NCBI GenBank assembly: GCA_014378525.1
Contig: JACMNL010000040.1
Location: 548 to 64,547, forward strand
Direction of reading: 5' to 3'
DNA: 64,000 bases
DNA from: Bacteriovorax sp.
Lineage (GTDB): Bacteria > Bdellovibrionota > Bacteriovoracia > Bacteriovoracales > Bacteriovoracaceae
Made by a program: the position numbers and the translations under genes. Shown one piece after another: positions 27,773-37,199 of the stretch (position 1 is the stretch's first letter; the number at the start of each line of letters is the position of its first letter). Below the pieces are notes generated by a model. The model saw only the letters and a program-made list of their open reading frames with translations, had not been told where the DNA came from and searched no databases.

Positions 27773-30370
27773 ATGTTGAATTTCCCAAACGGAATTGTGA
27801 GTTTCATTGGTGCCTTTATGGGTATCTGTCTTTTTTCATTTTCCGGCCATCCGGTTTTTGCAGCGGCCATTGGTATTTCCGTGCTCCTTTTGCTGCAAAC
27901 ATGCGAACGTTCCATAGTACGGTCAGTGTTTGGTGCTTCAGAGTTTTTCGAAAAATTTAAAAAGTATGACTGGTGCATTCATCTGGTATTTTTATTTTCC
28001 GGAGCCGTGTTCATCGGAATGCGATCTTCAATCCCCGTTTTTTATCTGCTCGCTGGCCTCCACCTTATTGCACTTTGCTTTTATATTTTCAAACTACTCA
28101 ACTCAACTTCAACTCCATTGCAGCTGGATACACAGGCCAGACTAGGTATACTCTTTTTCGTTTCAGGTTTCGCAGCACTTATCTATCAGATCGCCTGGCA
28201 GCGGGCCTTATTTCAGGTCTACGGAGTCAATCCTGAATCAGTCACTATAATCGTTTCTATTTTTATGCTCGGTCTCGGTGTAGGTTCAATGATTGGAGGT
28301 CTTCTTTCAAAAAAATATCCGGACCATTCAGTTCAACTATTTTTAGGGTTTGAAATTGGTGCGGCACTTTTTGGAATTTTTAGTTTAAAGCTTATTCATC
28401 TCGTAGGTAATCTGGTGGTCCTTTCAGGGCCAGTGACTTCTACCCTGTCGGTTTATCTGCTTTTATCCGTTCCGACTATTTTTATGGGAGCTACTCTCCC
28501 AGTACTTGTGTCATACCTGCACAAAATCACTCAAAACATCGGACGCTCAGTTTCTGTACTTTATTTTATCAACACACTTGGTTCAGCAGCTGCAAGTTTT
28601 GCTACTGTCGATTTGTTATTTGTTTTTCTGGGCCTTCAGCAAACAGTTTACCTGGCAGCATTCTGCAATTGCCTGGTCGCTTTATTAGTTTATTTTTTCT
28701 CAATAAGAATTGAAGGACTAACAAGTGCTGAAAATAAAATTACTGACATTGTAGAGACGAATGAAAAACATTATATCCCTTTCAAGGCAGCACTAGGAAT
28801 TGCATTTCTTACCGGATATATTTCCTTAAGCCAGGAAATTCTCTGGGTGCGCGCCATTGGATTTGCAGCGAGTGGAATGCCTCAGACCTTCGGACAGGTT
28901 TTAGGAGCAGTACTATTTGGAGTCGCTCTCGGTGCACTATTTGCGGATGCCTTATGCAAAAAAGACAAAATAAAACCGCTCATCTTAATCAGTGGAATGC
29001 TGCTTTTTTCTTCTATCGCTTACTATTTTGCAATGCCGCTAATTGCAAATGTCATGGTTCATTCATTCAATGTCGGATTAATTTTTTCATATTTTGTTGT
29101 GGCACTGATTGCGGCCTCGCTCGGTGGAGTTTTAATCGTCGTAAGCCATTATGGAATTCAAAAGGACCAGCAGGTAGGTTCGGCCCTCTCGTGGATTTAC
29201 ATGGCGAATATTTTAGGTTCTACATGCGGGCCACTTTTTACTGGATTTGTTCTTCTCGACTTATTTACACTTAACCAAAATATTATGGGCCTTGTACTTT
29301 TCAGTGTAATTGCCGCAGTCATTTTAACTTGCTGGTACGGCCATGAAAATAAAAAGCCCCGAAATAAAATCATTGCGTCTTCTACAGTATTTGTACTACT
29401 TTTATATTCAACTCAACATCATTTTTATGACAGTCTCCTGGTCAAATTACAATTCAAAAAAAAATATACCCCGGGAAAAATTCTCAATGTCGTTGTTGAA
29501 AACAGATCAGGAATAGCTTCAGCAGCTCCTGACATAACTCTCAACAAAAGCCCTGATGCTCACATCGTTTCCGGAGATGGAGTATTCGATGGAATCATTT
29601 ATACAAAAAAAGAAGTTGCAAAAAAATTGATGGCCGATGAAAACGACAGATTTTTTATTATCGGTGAACTTCATCCTCATCCACGCGAAGTTCTGCAAAT
29701 AGCGATGAGTGCTGGTTCCTGGACACAAATGCTTTCAGGTTATGAACAAATTGATCACCTCGACGTTGTTGAACTCAATTCAGGATATCTAGACATTGCC
29801 AAACATTACCCCGGATATGATCTCATCGCACGAAATCCAAAAGTTTCTATTCACATTGATGACGGAAGAAGATGGCTACGAAGAAACCCCGATAGAAAAT
29901 TTGACATGATTGTCTTCAATACTCCACATCACTTCAGAAGTCAGATCAGCAGTTTATTGTCGATGGAGTTCATAGAATTATGTAAGGCCCATCTTAAACC
30001 CGGCGGAGTTTACTACCAGACAGTGACAGGCTCTGAAGATGCCATCTATACCGGTGCTCAAAACTTCAAGTATGTCATCCCTTTTGAAAATATGTACGCC
30101 GCAAGTGATGAACCATTTGCAATGACCCGCGAACAAAAAGTAGAAAACTTTTCGAAGTTTAAATATTACGGCGATCAGATTTTTCCGCTCGATAGATCAG
30201 TAAATGTCACTGCTCTAGATAATCTTTTGAATAACAAACTCACTGATCGCGCAGAAGAATACCGTGCTAATAAAAAACTCATGGCCGTCACTGACGACAA
30301 CATGCTTACCGAATATAAGAGACCGGTTAGCAGGTTGACTCAATTTTATAAATGGTGGAGCTCGGACTAA
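27773..30370 (+). CDS. Fused multi-TM membrane protein / spermidine-synthase-like methyltransferase-fold domain
   Basis: SGFAALIYQIAWQR, MGATLP, NTLGSAA repeats; C-terminal DVVELN, DDGRRWL, FDMI, LKPGG, TDDN. ATG 27773 after GGAG. Confidence 0.85.
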   Translation: MLNFPNGIVSFIGAFMGICLFSFSGHPVFAAAIGISVLLLLQTCERSIVRSVFGASEFFEKFKKYDWCIHLVFLFSGAVFIGMRSSIPVFYLLAGLHLIALCFYIFKLLNSTSTPLQLDTQARLGILFFVSGFAALIYQIAWQRALFQVYGVNPESVTIIVSIFMLGLGVGSMIGGLLSKKYPDHSVQLFLGFEIGAALFGIFSLKLIHLVGNLVVLSGPVTSTLSVYLLLSVPTIFMGATLPVLVSYLHKITQNIGRSVSVLYFINTLGSAAASFATVDLLFVFLGLQQTVYLAAFCNCLVALLVYFFSIRIEGLTSAENKITDIVETNEKHYIPFKAALGIAFLTGYISLSQEILWVRAIGFAASGMPQTFGQVLGAVLFGVALGALFADALCKKDKIKPLILISGMLLFSSIAYYFAMPLIANVMVHSFNVGLIFSYFVVALIAASLGGVLIVVSHYGIQKDQQVGSALSWIYMANILGSTCGPLFTGFVLLDLFTLNQNIMGLVLFSVIAAVILTCWYGHENKKPRNKIIASSTVFVLLLYSTQHHFYDSLLVKLQFKKKYTPGKILNVVVENRSGIASAAPDITLNKSPDAHIVSGDGVFDGIIYTKKEVAKKLMADENDRFFIIGELHPHPREVLQIAMSAGSWTQMLSGYEQIDHLDVVELNSGYLDIAKHYPGYDLIARNPKVSIHIDDGRRWLRRNPDRKFDMIVFNTPHHFRSQISSLLSMEFIELCKAHLKPGGVYYQTVTGSEDAIYTGAQNFKYVIPFENMYAASDEPFAMTREQKVENFSKFKYYGDQIFPLDRSVNVTALDNLLNNKLTDRAEEYRANKKLMAVTDDNMLTEYKRPVSRLTQFYKWWSSD

Positions 30371-30375
30371 GAACT

Positions 30376-31662
30376 TTATTTATCAGTACTTCTTCTTTTC
30401 GTAGTATTTTCAATATTTGTAAGAAGCATCGGATATCGTTTTACGATGTCATTGAAACTTTTCTTGGTAAGCTTATAAAGATCACAATAGGTCAATGACT
30501 GGACATCCGCGATTCTTTTAGTTTCTTTTAATAAGGCCAGTTCTCCGAAAATCTGTCCGTCATGTAGAGTCGCGACTCTCTCACCGTTCTCTAAAATGAC
30601 TTCCACACTCCCGTGAGAGATAATAAACATCTCTTCGCCGATATCACCTATTTTGATAACCATGTCACCTGGAGAAGAAAAAACCTGCTCCATGTGATTT
30701 GATATTTCTTTTAAACACTCATGAGGGCAGTCATGAAAAATATGAATATTGCTGATGAGTTTAATCTTCATATAAATCTGCATCTCCTGTTGAAGGGCAT
30801 GCGGTAGATCGGCAATAATTTTTTCATCATCTTCGCTCAGGCGTTTTGAATAAATGTGATTGTAATGATTGATCGCTGCCTTTTGAAGCTGGTCGGGAAT
30901 TTTATAATGTTTCATGAACATCAATAGTCCCGTAATTTTTTCACGCGTCTGTTCCTTATATCTATCGGCACTCGCAAGGATACGTGAAATATTTCCGATG
31001 ACGATCCCGTACATACCCACTCCGATGATCATAATGAGACAGGTATAAATTCTTCCGCCGTTGGTGTGGGGAACAATATCTCCATATCCAATTGTCGTTA
31101 AAGTAGCGAGGGCCCAGTAAAACGATCTGATGTAATAACTCGTGATGTCCGTTTCAACGCTCATCGGATAAATAATAATCCATCCACAGGCAATCCAGTT
31201 CACGACCATCAAACAGCCAACGGCAATTGACTGGATCTTAAAAATTCGCGGGACGATTGTGATATTTTCGATCAGGTAATAAACCTTGATGATCCTCACC
31301 ATTCTCATCAGCCTGAATGCCATGAATAAATCTTCGTGACCTAAGTAATACGAAAGAAGGTCAAAAGGTATGCAGGCCAGAACATCCACCGTCAGCATTA
31401 ACGGAAAAAACCATTTTTTATGATTAATTGTGATGTCTGTTTTTACTTTTGATTTTTTTAATTCATTGAGATGATAAATCAGGTCGGCCACAAAAAGGAT
31501 TGAGATGACGGCATCAATCACCAGCTGCCATGGATGTATGGATGTTTTAAAAACAAAACTAAAGGGTGCTTCCATCGCAGTAAAACTGGCCGCCCAAAAG
31601 ATGATGGCCACCCAAAGAAACTCTTTAGTGCTCAAATGTTTTTTGTCAGATTTTTGAAACAT
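30376..31662 (-). CDS. Cyclic-nucleotide-gated K+ channel (SthK/LliK type)
   Basis: Six TM segments, filter TTIGYGD, C-linker, CNBD with FGELAL..RIADV. Confidence 0.92.
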   Translation of the reverse strand: MFQKSDKKHLSTKEFLWVAIIFWAASFTAMEAPFSFVFKTSIHPWQLVIDAVISILFVADLIYHLNELKKSKVKTDITINHKKWFFPLMLTVDVLACIPFDLLSYYLGHEDLFMAFRLMRMVRIIKVYYLIENITIVPRIFKIQSIAVGCLMVVNWIACGWIIIYPMSVETDITSYYIRSFYWALATLTTIGYGDIVPHTNGGRIYTCLIMIIGVGMYGIVIGNISRILASADRYKEQTREKITGLLMFMKHYKIPDQLQKAAINHYNHIYSKRLSEDDEKIIADLPHALQQEMQIYMKIKLISNIHIFHDCPHECLKEISNHMEQVFSSPGDMVIKIGDIGEEMFIISHGSVEVILENGERVATLHDGQIFGELALLKETKRIADVQSLTYCDLYKLTKKSFNDIVKRYPMLLTNIENTTKRRSTDK

Positions 31663-31774
31663 TGGATTCCTTAAAAAATATGTTTATGCATTATATTATC
31701 CATATAAATTAATTTAATAAAAGGTAATACTGATCGTGGCTTGCCAACTCATTTTTAAGGAATAATATCTTTGT

Positions 31775-32299
31775 ATGAAAACATTAAAACTCATCCCTTT
31801 CGTTCTACTATTATCCCTATCTGCATTCGCTGCGACAGATCTCAAAGTCGGCGATCCTGCTATTCCCTTCAAGTTAAAAACTCAGGAAGGAAAAGAGTTT
31901 GATTTGAACTCAAGAAAAGGAAACTGGACTGTTCTTTATTTTTTTCCAAAGGCAGAAACACCGGGATGTACAAAACAGGCATGCAGCTTTCGCGATAACA
32001 TAAAAAAAATTCGCGACATGAAAACTGAAGTTTACGGCATCAGTACAAACAATGTTAAAGACCAGGCCGACTTTGCCAAAGCTCACGCTCTGAATTTTAT
32101 CCTGCTTGCCGATGAAAAAGCTCAAGTCGCCAACGACTACGGATCAAAAATGCCTGTACTGAATATGTCAAAGAGATGGACTTTCATCATCGACCCGAAT
32201 CTTGTCATTCGAGATATCGCAAAAGATGTTGACCCGATCACAGACGCACAAAGAGTGGCCACTAGAATTGGTGAACTTCAAAAGACAGCGATAAAATAA
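31775..32299 (+). CDS. bcp: Exported peroxiredoxin, BCP/PrxQ subfamily
   Basis: YFFPKAETPGCTKQAC, RWTFIID; signal peptide. Confidence 0.9.
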   Translation: MKTLKLIPFVLLLSLSAFAATDLKVGDPAIPFKLKTQEGKEFDLNSRKGNWTVLYFFPKAETPGCTKQACSFRDNIKKIRDMKTEVYGISTNNVKDQADFAKAHALNFILLADEKAQVANDYGSKMPVLNMSKRWTFIIDPNLVIRDIAKDVDPITDAQRVATRIGELQKTAIK

Positions 32300-32300
32300 T

Positions 32301-32963
32301 ATAAAAGCTCAAATAGACCTCGATAAGCTCTGTCTTGAAGTCTGCTCTGAATTTAAGGCGCAGGGTTTTTCAATAGACATTGACCCCCGTACTCAAAAAG
32401 AAAGTTACAACATAATCAAGCAGCAGAGCGGCCAGTGGTTGAAAATTACGAAGCTCTCGCTTCATGATAATCCAGTGCAGACTCCACTCGACTTTACTCT
32501 CATGCCGGTTTTAAAAAAACTCACTGACCTGATTGATGAACTCGATTCAGAAATTAAGAAAAAAGGCGGCAGGATTTTTATCACTGAAAGTGTCGTCACA
32601 AAAATAAAAAAAGGAACAGAAACATCAGTGCTGGTAGAAGAGAAAAAAACCAAATTAGCGGTCTATCAAAAATTATGTGATGAAATAACAAGTAAGGGTC
32701 TCGAGAGAGACAGGTATCGTACAGAAGAAACTTATATGCTCACGAAGGCAGCTAATGGCGAATGGTCGATGAGCACCAGTCACGAAAATCATAGCGGTAC
32801 AAAAACTATTCTGGATCTTGCAAAAATGCCTCTGTTAAAAGCACTTGCCATCAAAATCAACCGCGCCGATCCACAGTTTCAATCCAATGGCGGAAGGATC
32901 TTCATCACTCCCGCCAGAATTTACAAGCTGAAAAATAAAATAGAACAGGATTTTAAATTCTGA
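32301..32963 (+). CDS. Hypothetical protein of two ~108-aa tandem repeats, apparent ATA start
   Basis: The frame is open from 32295. Repeat homology (CSE/CDE, ESY/ETY, GQW/GEW, MPVLK/MPLLK, GGRIFIT x2) extends about 30 codons upstream of the first canonical start (TTG 32439). Confidence 0.6.
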   Translation: MKAQIDLDKLCLEVCSEFKAQGFSIDIDPRTQKESYNIIKQQSGQWLKITKLSLHDNPVQTPLDFTLMPVLKKLTDLIDELDSEIKKKGGRIFITESVVTKIKKGTETSVLVEEKKTKLAVYQKLCDEITSKGLERDRYRTEETYMLTKAANGEWSMSTSHENHSGTKTILDLAKMPLLKALAIKINRADPQFQSNGGRIFITPARIYKLKNKIEQDFKF

Positions 32964-33305
32964 TTATTTTCCCAGAAATTTAATCAGGTCATCAGCACCA
33001 CCGATAAGTTTTCCATCGATGAAAACCTGAGGGTATGTAGGCCACCCGCTCCAGAGTTTAATCGCAAGACGCTGCTTCCATTTAGAAAAATAGTTACCGT
33101 AAGATAAATATTTATATTCCATGTTTGATTCTTCAAGAACCTTGCGCGCTTTTTTAACGACAGGGTTTTGTCCCATGCCGACCACAACAATTTTATTTTT
33201 TTCAACAGCACTGATAACTTCAGAAACAACATCTGAATTATTTTGGGCCATAAATTTTAAAGCGTCCGGGTGAATTTGAGTTTCTGGTAAAATTTTGCGA
33301 TTCAT
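32964..33305 (-). CDS. Glutaredoxin-fold protein with no cysteine
   Basis: WPTYPQVFIDGKLIGGADDL glutathione-site motif; the active-site position reads GQNPVV; there is no Cys in the 113 aa. Confidence 0.85.
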   Translation of the reverse strand: MNRKILPETQIHPDALKFMAQNNSDVVSEVISAVEKNKIVVVGMGQNPVVKKARKVLEESNMEYKYLSYGNYFSKWKQRLAIKLWSGWPTYPQVFIDGKLIGGADDLIKFLGK

Positions 33306-33316
33306 AAAATCTCCAT

Positions 33317-35062
33317 TTAGTTATTAAATTGTTTCTCAATTAATTTTTTGTAAAATCCGTCATTGTTTAAAATAAGTTCACCGTGGGATCCGGCCTGCAC
33401 AATCTGTCCGTGGTCCATGACGAATATTTTATCTGCCTTTTTCACAGTAGAAAGCCTGTGGGCAATGATAAGAGTCGTACGGCTTTTTTGCAGGTTTTCC
33501 AGTGCGGCCTGAACCAGAGCTTCACTCTCGCTATCAAGAGCACTCGTCGCTTCATCAAGAATCAGAATTTTTGGATCTTTTAAAACGGCACGGGCAATTG
33601 CCACTCTTTGCTTTTGTCCCCCTGATAACTGTACACCTTTTTCTCCTACCAGTGTCTGATATCCGTCAGGAAAAGCTGTGATGAAATCATGAGCATAAGC
33701 AAGTCTTGCTGCTGACTGGACTTCTTCCAGAGTTGCATTCGGTTTTCCATATCTAATATTGTCTTCGATAGACTCTGAAATAAGAATCGGCTCCTGAGAA
33801 ACAATCCCCACCTGATTTCTTAGTGCATACAAATCGTAATCTTTGATATCAAGTCCATCGATTAATATCTTTCCGCTGTTTAAATCATAAAAACGCATCA
33901 ACAGCTGGGCGATTGTTGACTTCCCCGCTCCTGATGAACCTACGATAGCAATGGTTTCATTCGCCTCTATCTTCATCGAAAGTTTTTTCAAAACTAGCAC
34001 ATCACTTCTGGCCGGATATGAAAATTCTGCATTTTCAATTTCAATTAACCCGCGCGAAATATTTTTAAGTGGTTTATGAAAATTTTCTTCATTCACTGTT
34101 GCTGTATCTAATAGTTCAAAGATCCTGTGACCTGCACCAAATGCCGACATAAAATCAGTATATAAACTGCCTAGAAGACCAGCTGAAAAGGCCACTGTCA
34201 TGACATATAAAATGTACGAAGTCAGAGTTCCGATACTCATCTCACCACTTATTACAAATCGCCCGCCTAACCAGACTATAAAGACAACTGCAACAAATCC
34301 GAGTATAGAAACTGCCCCGGTAAATTTTGAAACGACAGAAATTCTCGCCACAGATAAATTAAATGATTTTTGCAGTTGATTATCGTATCTATCGCTTTCC
34401 CATTTTTCCTGGGCAAAGGCCTTTACGGTGCGAACACCGGAAATGCTTTCTTCAGCAACTCCTGAAGAAACAGCAAGTGCATCCTGAGTGGATTTTGAGA
34501 TCGACTTAACTTTTTTTCCGAAGACCGCCACCAGATAAGCGATCGGTGGAACAATCAGTAAAATAAAAATGGTCAATTTTGTCGATGTGATGAAAAGTAG
34601 AATGACTCCTCCGATGGTCTGTACAAGATTTCTGATCAACATCGAAATATTTACACTCAATGCATTTTGCAAAACCGCTGTATCAGAAGAAAGCCTGCCT
34701 AAAAGTTCACCAGTTTTTGAAAAATCAAAAAAAGGCATCTCCTGGGAAATAATTTGTGAAAATAATTTTGCTCTTAAACGTTTAACTGTTTTTTCACCGG
34801 CCAGTGTGAAATAGTAATAACGAAAACTGGAAGAAATTCCCTGGATAACAAATACTCCTAAAGCAATAAGGGCAGCGTAGTTCAGTGAATTGATATCCTT
34901 CGTTTTAAGCGCATTATCAATGATCGCCTTGATGTATTGAGGATAAACCATCAGCGCAGCACTACTGATTAAAAGAAAAATCATTCCCTTTATAAGAAGA
35001 GGCCATTCTTCGCGGCTTAAACTAAGCAGTTTTAAAAAGAAAGCTTTATTATTATTTTTCAT
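33317..35062 (-). CDS. Type IV ABC exporter, fused TMD-NBD (MsbA-related/ABCB-like)
   Basis: Six TM segments, GSSGAGKST, LSGGQKQR, ILDEATSALD, IAHRLST. Confidence 0.95.
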   Translation of the reverse strand: MKNNNKAFFLKLLSLSREEWPLLIKGMIFLLISSAALMVYPQYIKAIIDNALKTKDINSLNYAALIALGVFVIQGISSSFRYYYFTLAGEKTVKRLRAKLFSQIISQEMPFFDFSKTGELLGRLSSDTAVLQNALSVNISMLIRNLVQTIGGVILLFITSTKLTIFILLIVPPIAYLVAVFGKKVKSISKSTQDALAVSSGVAEESISGVRTVKAFAQEKWESDRYDNQLQKSFNLSVARISVVSKFTGAVSILGFVAVVFIVWLGGRFVISGEMSIGTLTSYILYVMTVAFSAGLLGSLYTDFMSAFGAGHRIFELLDTATVNEENFHKPLKNISRGLIEIENAEFSYPARSDVLVLKKLSMKIEANETIAIVGSSGAGKSTIAQLLMRFYDLNSGKILIDGLDIKDYDLYALRNQVGIVSQEPILISESIEDNIRYGKPNATLEEVQSAARLAYAHDFITAFPDGYQTLVGEKGVQLSGGQKQRVAIARAVLKDPKILILDEATSALDSESEALVQAALENLQKSRTTLIIAHRLSTVKKADKIFVMDHGQIVQAGSHGELILNNDGFYKKLIEKQFNN

Positions 35063-35468
35063 ATTTTATATCTTTAGTTAGATGAGATAGTTTAATCCTG
35101 CTCAGGATTAATAAATGAGCAGACTCAAGTCTCGAGGACAATTTTAAGAGTATTCCCTGCGCCGTACAGCTGACGTCACAGTTTGATTTTATTTTCTTTT
35201 CAACGTTTCCGGCCACGCGGTCATTGGCCACCAGATATATTTCCTTAAGACTGATGTCCTTGGGATTTTTTAGCAGACTGACTCCACCGGCCTGGCCTCT
35301 TTTGGTTTGGATCAGACCTGCACGAGCGAGTTTGGCCATGATCTTTCTGATAAAAGCAGGATTGGTTCCCAGGCTTTTTGCCAGTGATTCAGAACTCTGC
35401 TCCTCTTCCTTTTTTACAGCAAGATTGATCATGATCTTTAATGTGGTATCGAAATGTGAATCGAGCAT
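35052..35468 (-). CDS. Rrf2-family transcriptional regulator
   Basis: SSESLAKSLGTNPAFIRKIMAKLARAGLIQTKRGQAGGVSLLKNPKDISLKEIY; CDVSC motif. Confidence 0.9.
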   Translation of the reverse strand: MLDSHFDTTLKIMINLAVKKEEEQSSESLAKSLGTNPAFIRKIMAKLARAGLIQTKRGQAGGVSLLKNPKDISLKEIYLVANDRVAGNVEKKIKSNCDVSCTAQGILLKLSSRLESAHLLILSRIKLSHLTKDIKYEK

Positions 35469-35470
35469 TT

Positions 35471-35527
35471 TGTAACTTCCATAATTACATTAGAAATTCA
35501 GGTTATAATGTAACTTTTAAAATTACA
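35471..35527. promoter_or_regulatory. Twin palindromic operator, probable Rrf2 autoregulatory sites
   Basis: TGTAAC-N7-ATTACA occurs at 35471-35489 and again at 35509-35527, directly upstream of the Rrf2 start. Confidence 0.65.
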
Positions 35528-35610
35528 ATAGTTTTTTTACACTAACCAATTCCTGACTTTGAAAGTATGAAGAATGATGTTATTAAATACAAAAATCAAA
35601 AGGAGTCATT

Positions 35611-36099
35611 ATGAAATCAATTATCGTAGCTGTTTTTCTTTTAGGATTATCTTCAGTATCTGTTAAAGCTGCAGACCATGACTATCAATGTATTGCTGAC
35701 TCTCTTCAAGCTATCAACAACGACATCTACTACAACCTTTCTTCAACAGACATCGATATTATGTTAACAATTCCGGAAATGATGGGACATATCGATGCCA
35801 TCAATGCAGCTAAGAGATGTGACGCTCCAAAAGCTTGTAATGGAAACTTCGAAGCGCAATTTATAGGTAAAGCTCAGAACGTAGATCTTTCATATGCTGA
35901 AGCGGGAAACGTTGAACACACAACTTTTGGTGTTGGTGAATTCACTCATTACCAGGCTAACCAGCTTTGCCCTCTAGATGAGGCCACTGCTTTAAAAGCA
36001 AGAATCTGGGTTCAGGGAATTTTAACTCTTCAAAACGGTGATGCAGTTTCTGGTGTACTTGTTTACAATCCAAAATTTAACATGTTCTCAATCGAATAA
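35611..36099 (+). CDS. Hypothetical exported protein
   Basis: AAGGAG RBS, signal peptide, 4 Cys, high-expression codon bias. Confidence 0.75.
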   Translation: MKSIIVAVFLLGLSSVSVKAADHDYQCIADSLQAINNDIYYNLSSTDIDIMLTIPEMMGHIDAINAAKRCDAPKACNGNFEAQFIGKAQNVDLSYAEAGNVEHTTFGVGEFTHYQANQLCPLDEATALKARIWVQGILTLQNGDAVSGVLVYNPKFNMFSIE

Positions 36100-36122
36100 T
36101 TCATCAGGCGTAGTCCTAAATA

Positions 36123-36146
36123 GCTCCGTGACAAATGTCACGGAGC
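36123..36146 (+). terminator. Hairpin / probable terminator
   Basis: GCTCCGTGACA-aa-TGTCACGGAGC. Confidence 0.55.
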
Positions 36147-36250
36147 ACAAGTATAAAATTATGATAACTCTTCACCAAATCCTGACAACAATATCTTGCC
36201 TTTGAACCTTCTCCCCCATATAAACGCCCTTCACAAAAAAGGGAAAAAAT

Positions 36251-37153
36251 ATGCGTAATTTACTGATCTGCTTAACTCTTATTTCTGTTGTTTCATGTGC
36301 ACCAAAAAATACATCACCAACTAACAATGTTAAAAATTCTTCAATCATCAACGGATCAAACGTAAAAGAAAACGATGCCATCAATAAAAGTATTGTGGCC
36401 GTTTTAAATACTAAATCACAATACCTGTGCACAGGATCCCTGATTGCACCAAACATTATTCTGACTGCTGCTCACTGTGCTCCAGACCGCATCTCAAATG
36501 TAAAAATTATTTTTGGAACTGACATCGATAACATCATGGGCTCACTTGAACCAGATGTGAAAGATGAGCATATTCTTCAGGCAGTAGATTTTAAAGTTAG
36601 CTCATCATGGAATCCAAAAGACGAAACACGTGAAATCGACACTGGCGATATCATGCTTATTAAATTCAAAGGAAATGTGCCTGAGGGGTACGCTCCAGCT
36701 ACATTTTTAGCTGATGACAGCTCTCTTAAAATTGGTACGGTGGTTACTGTAGCAGGTTATGGTGTAGACGATGTTGATACATCTAAAGAAGTAAATATTA
36801 AAAAATTTCCAAACCTGGAAGATGCAATTCAATCTGGTGAAGTAACTTGCCAAGATGAGGCCAATGGAAAACACGCACATTGTTTTAAAGTTCAAATGAG
36901 TGGAGATGGAATTCTTCGCACGACTAAAGCTCCGATCAACTTTATTCATGAAACAGAGATCAACCTGAATGAGACGAAGTCCGGCACATGCAGCGGTGAC
37001 TCCGGAGGTCCTGCTTATATCGAGAAAAACGGCGATTTTTTTCTGTTTGGTGTAACCAGCAGAGGTTCAGGACTTTGCAATGAAGTCGGTGTGTATACCA
37101 ACGCTCTATTCTATAAAGACTGGATTGCGGCAACAATCAAGGCATTTAACTAA
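36251..37153 (+). CDS. Trypsin-like (S1) serine protease, lipoprotein
   Basis: Lipobox VVSC; LTAAHC, GDIML and GDSGGP carry the catalytic triad. Confidence 0.93.
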   Translation: MRNLLICLTLISVVSCAPKNTSPTNNVKNSSIINGSNVKENDAINKSIVAVLNTKSQYLCTGSLIAPNIILTAAHCAPDRISNVKIIFGTDIDNIMGSLEPDVKDEHILQAVDFKVSSSWNPKDETREIDTGDIMLIKFKGNVPEGYAPATFLADDSSLKIGTVVTVAGYGVDDVDTSKEVNIKKFPNLEDAIQSGEVTCQDEANGKHAHCFKVQMSGDGILRTTKAPINFIHETEINLNETKSGTCSGDSGGPAYIEKNGDFFLFGVTSRGSGLCNEVGVYTNALFYKDWIAATIKAFN

Positions 37154-37167
37154 TTTTTTTGACATAG

Positions 37168-37199
37168 GATCATAGGTTATCGATCATTAACCTATGATC
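37168..37199. repeat. Perfect 12-bp inverted repeat overlapping the mgtE start
   Basis: GATCATAGGTTA-tcgatcat-TAACCTATGATC; the ATG at 37194 is inside the right arm. Confidence 0.85.

Noticed and set aside
37154-37193. M-box (Mg2+) riboswitch before mgtE
   Set aside because: The intergenic region is only 40 nt, too short for it.
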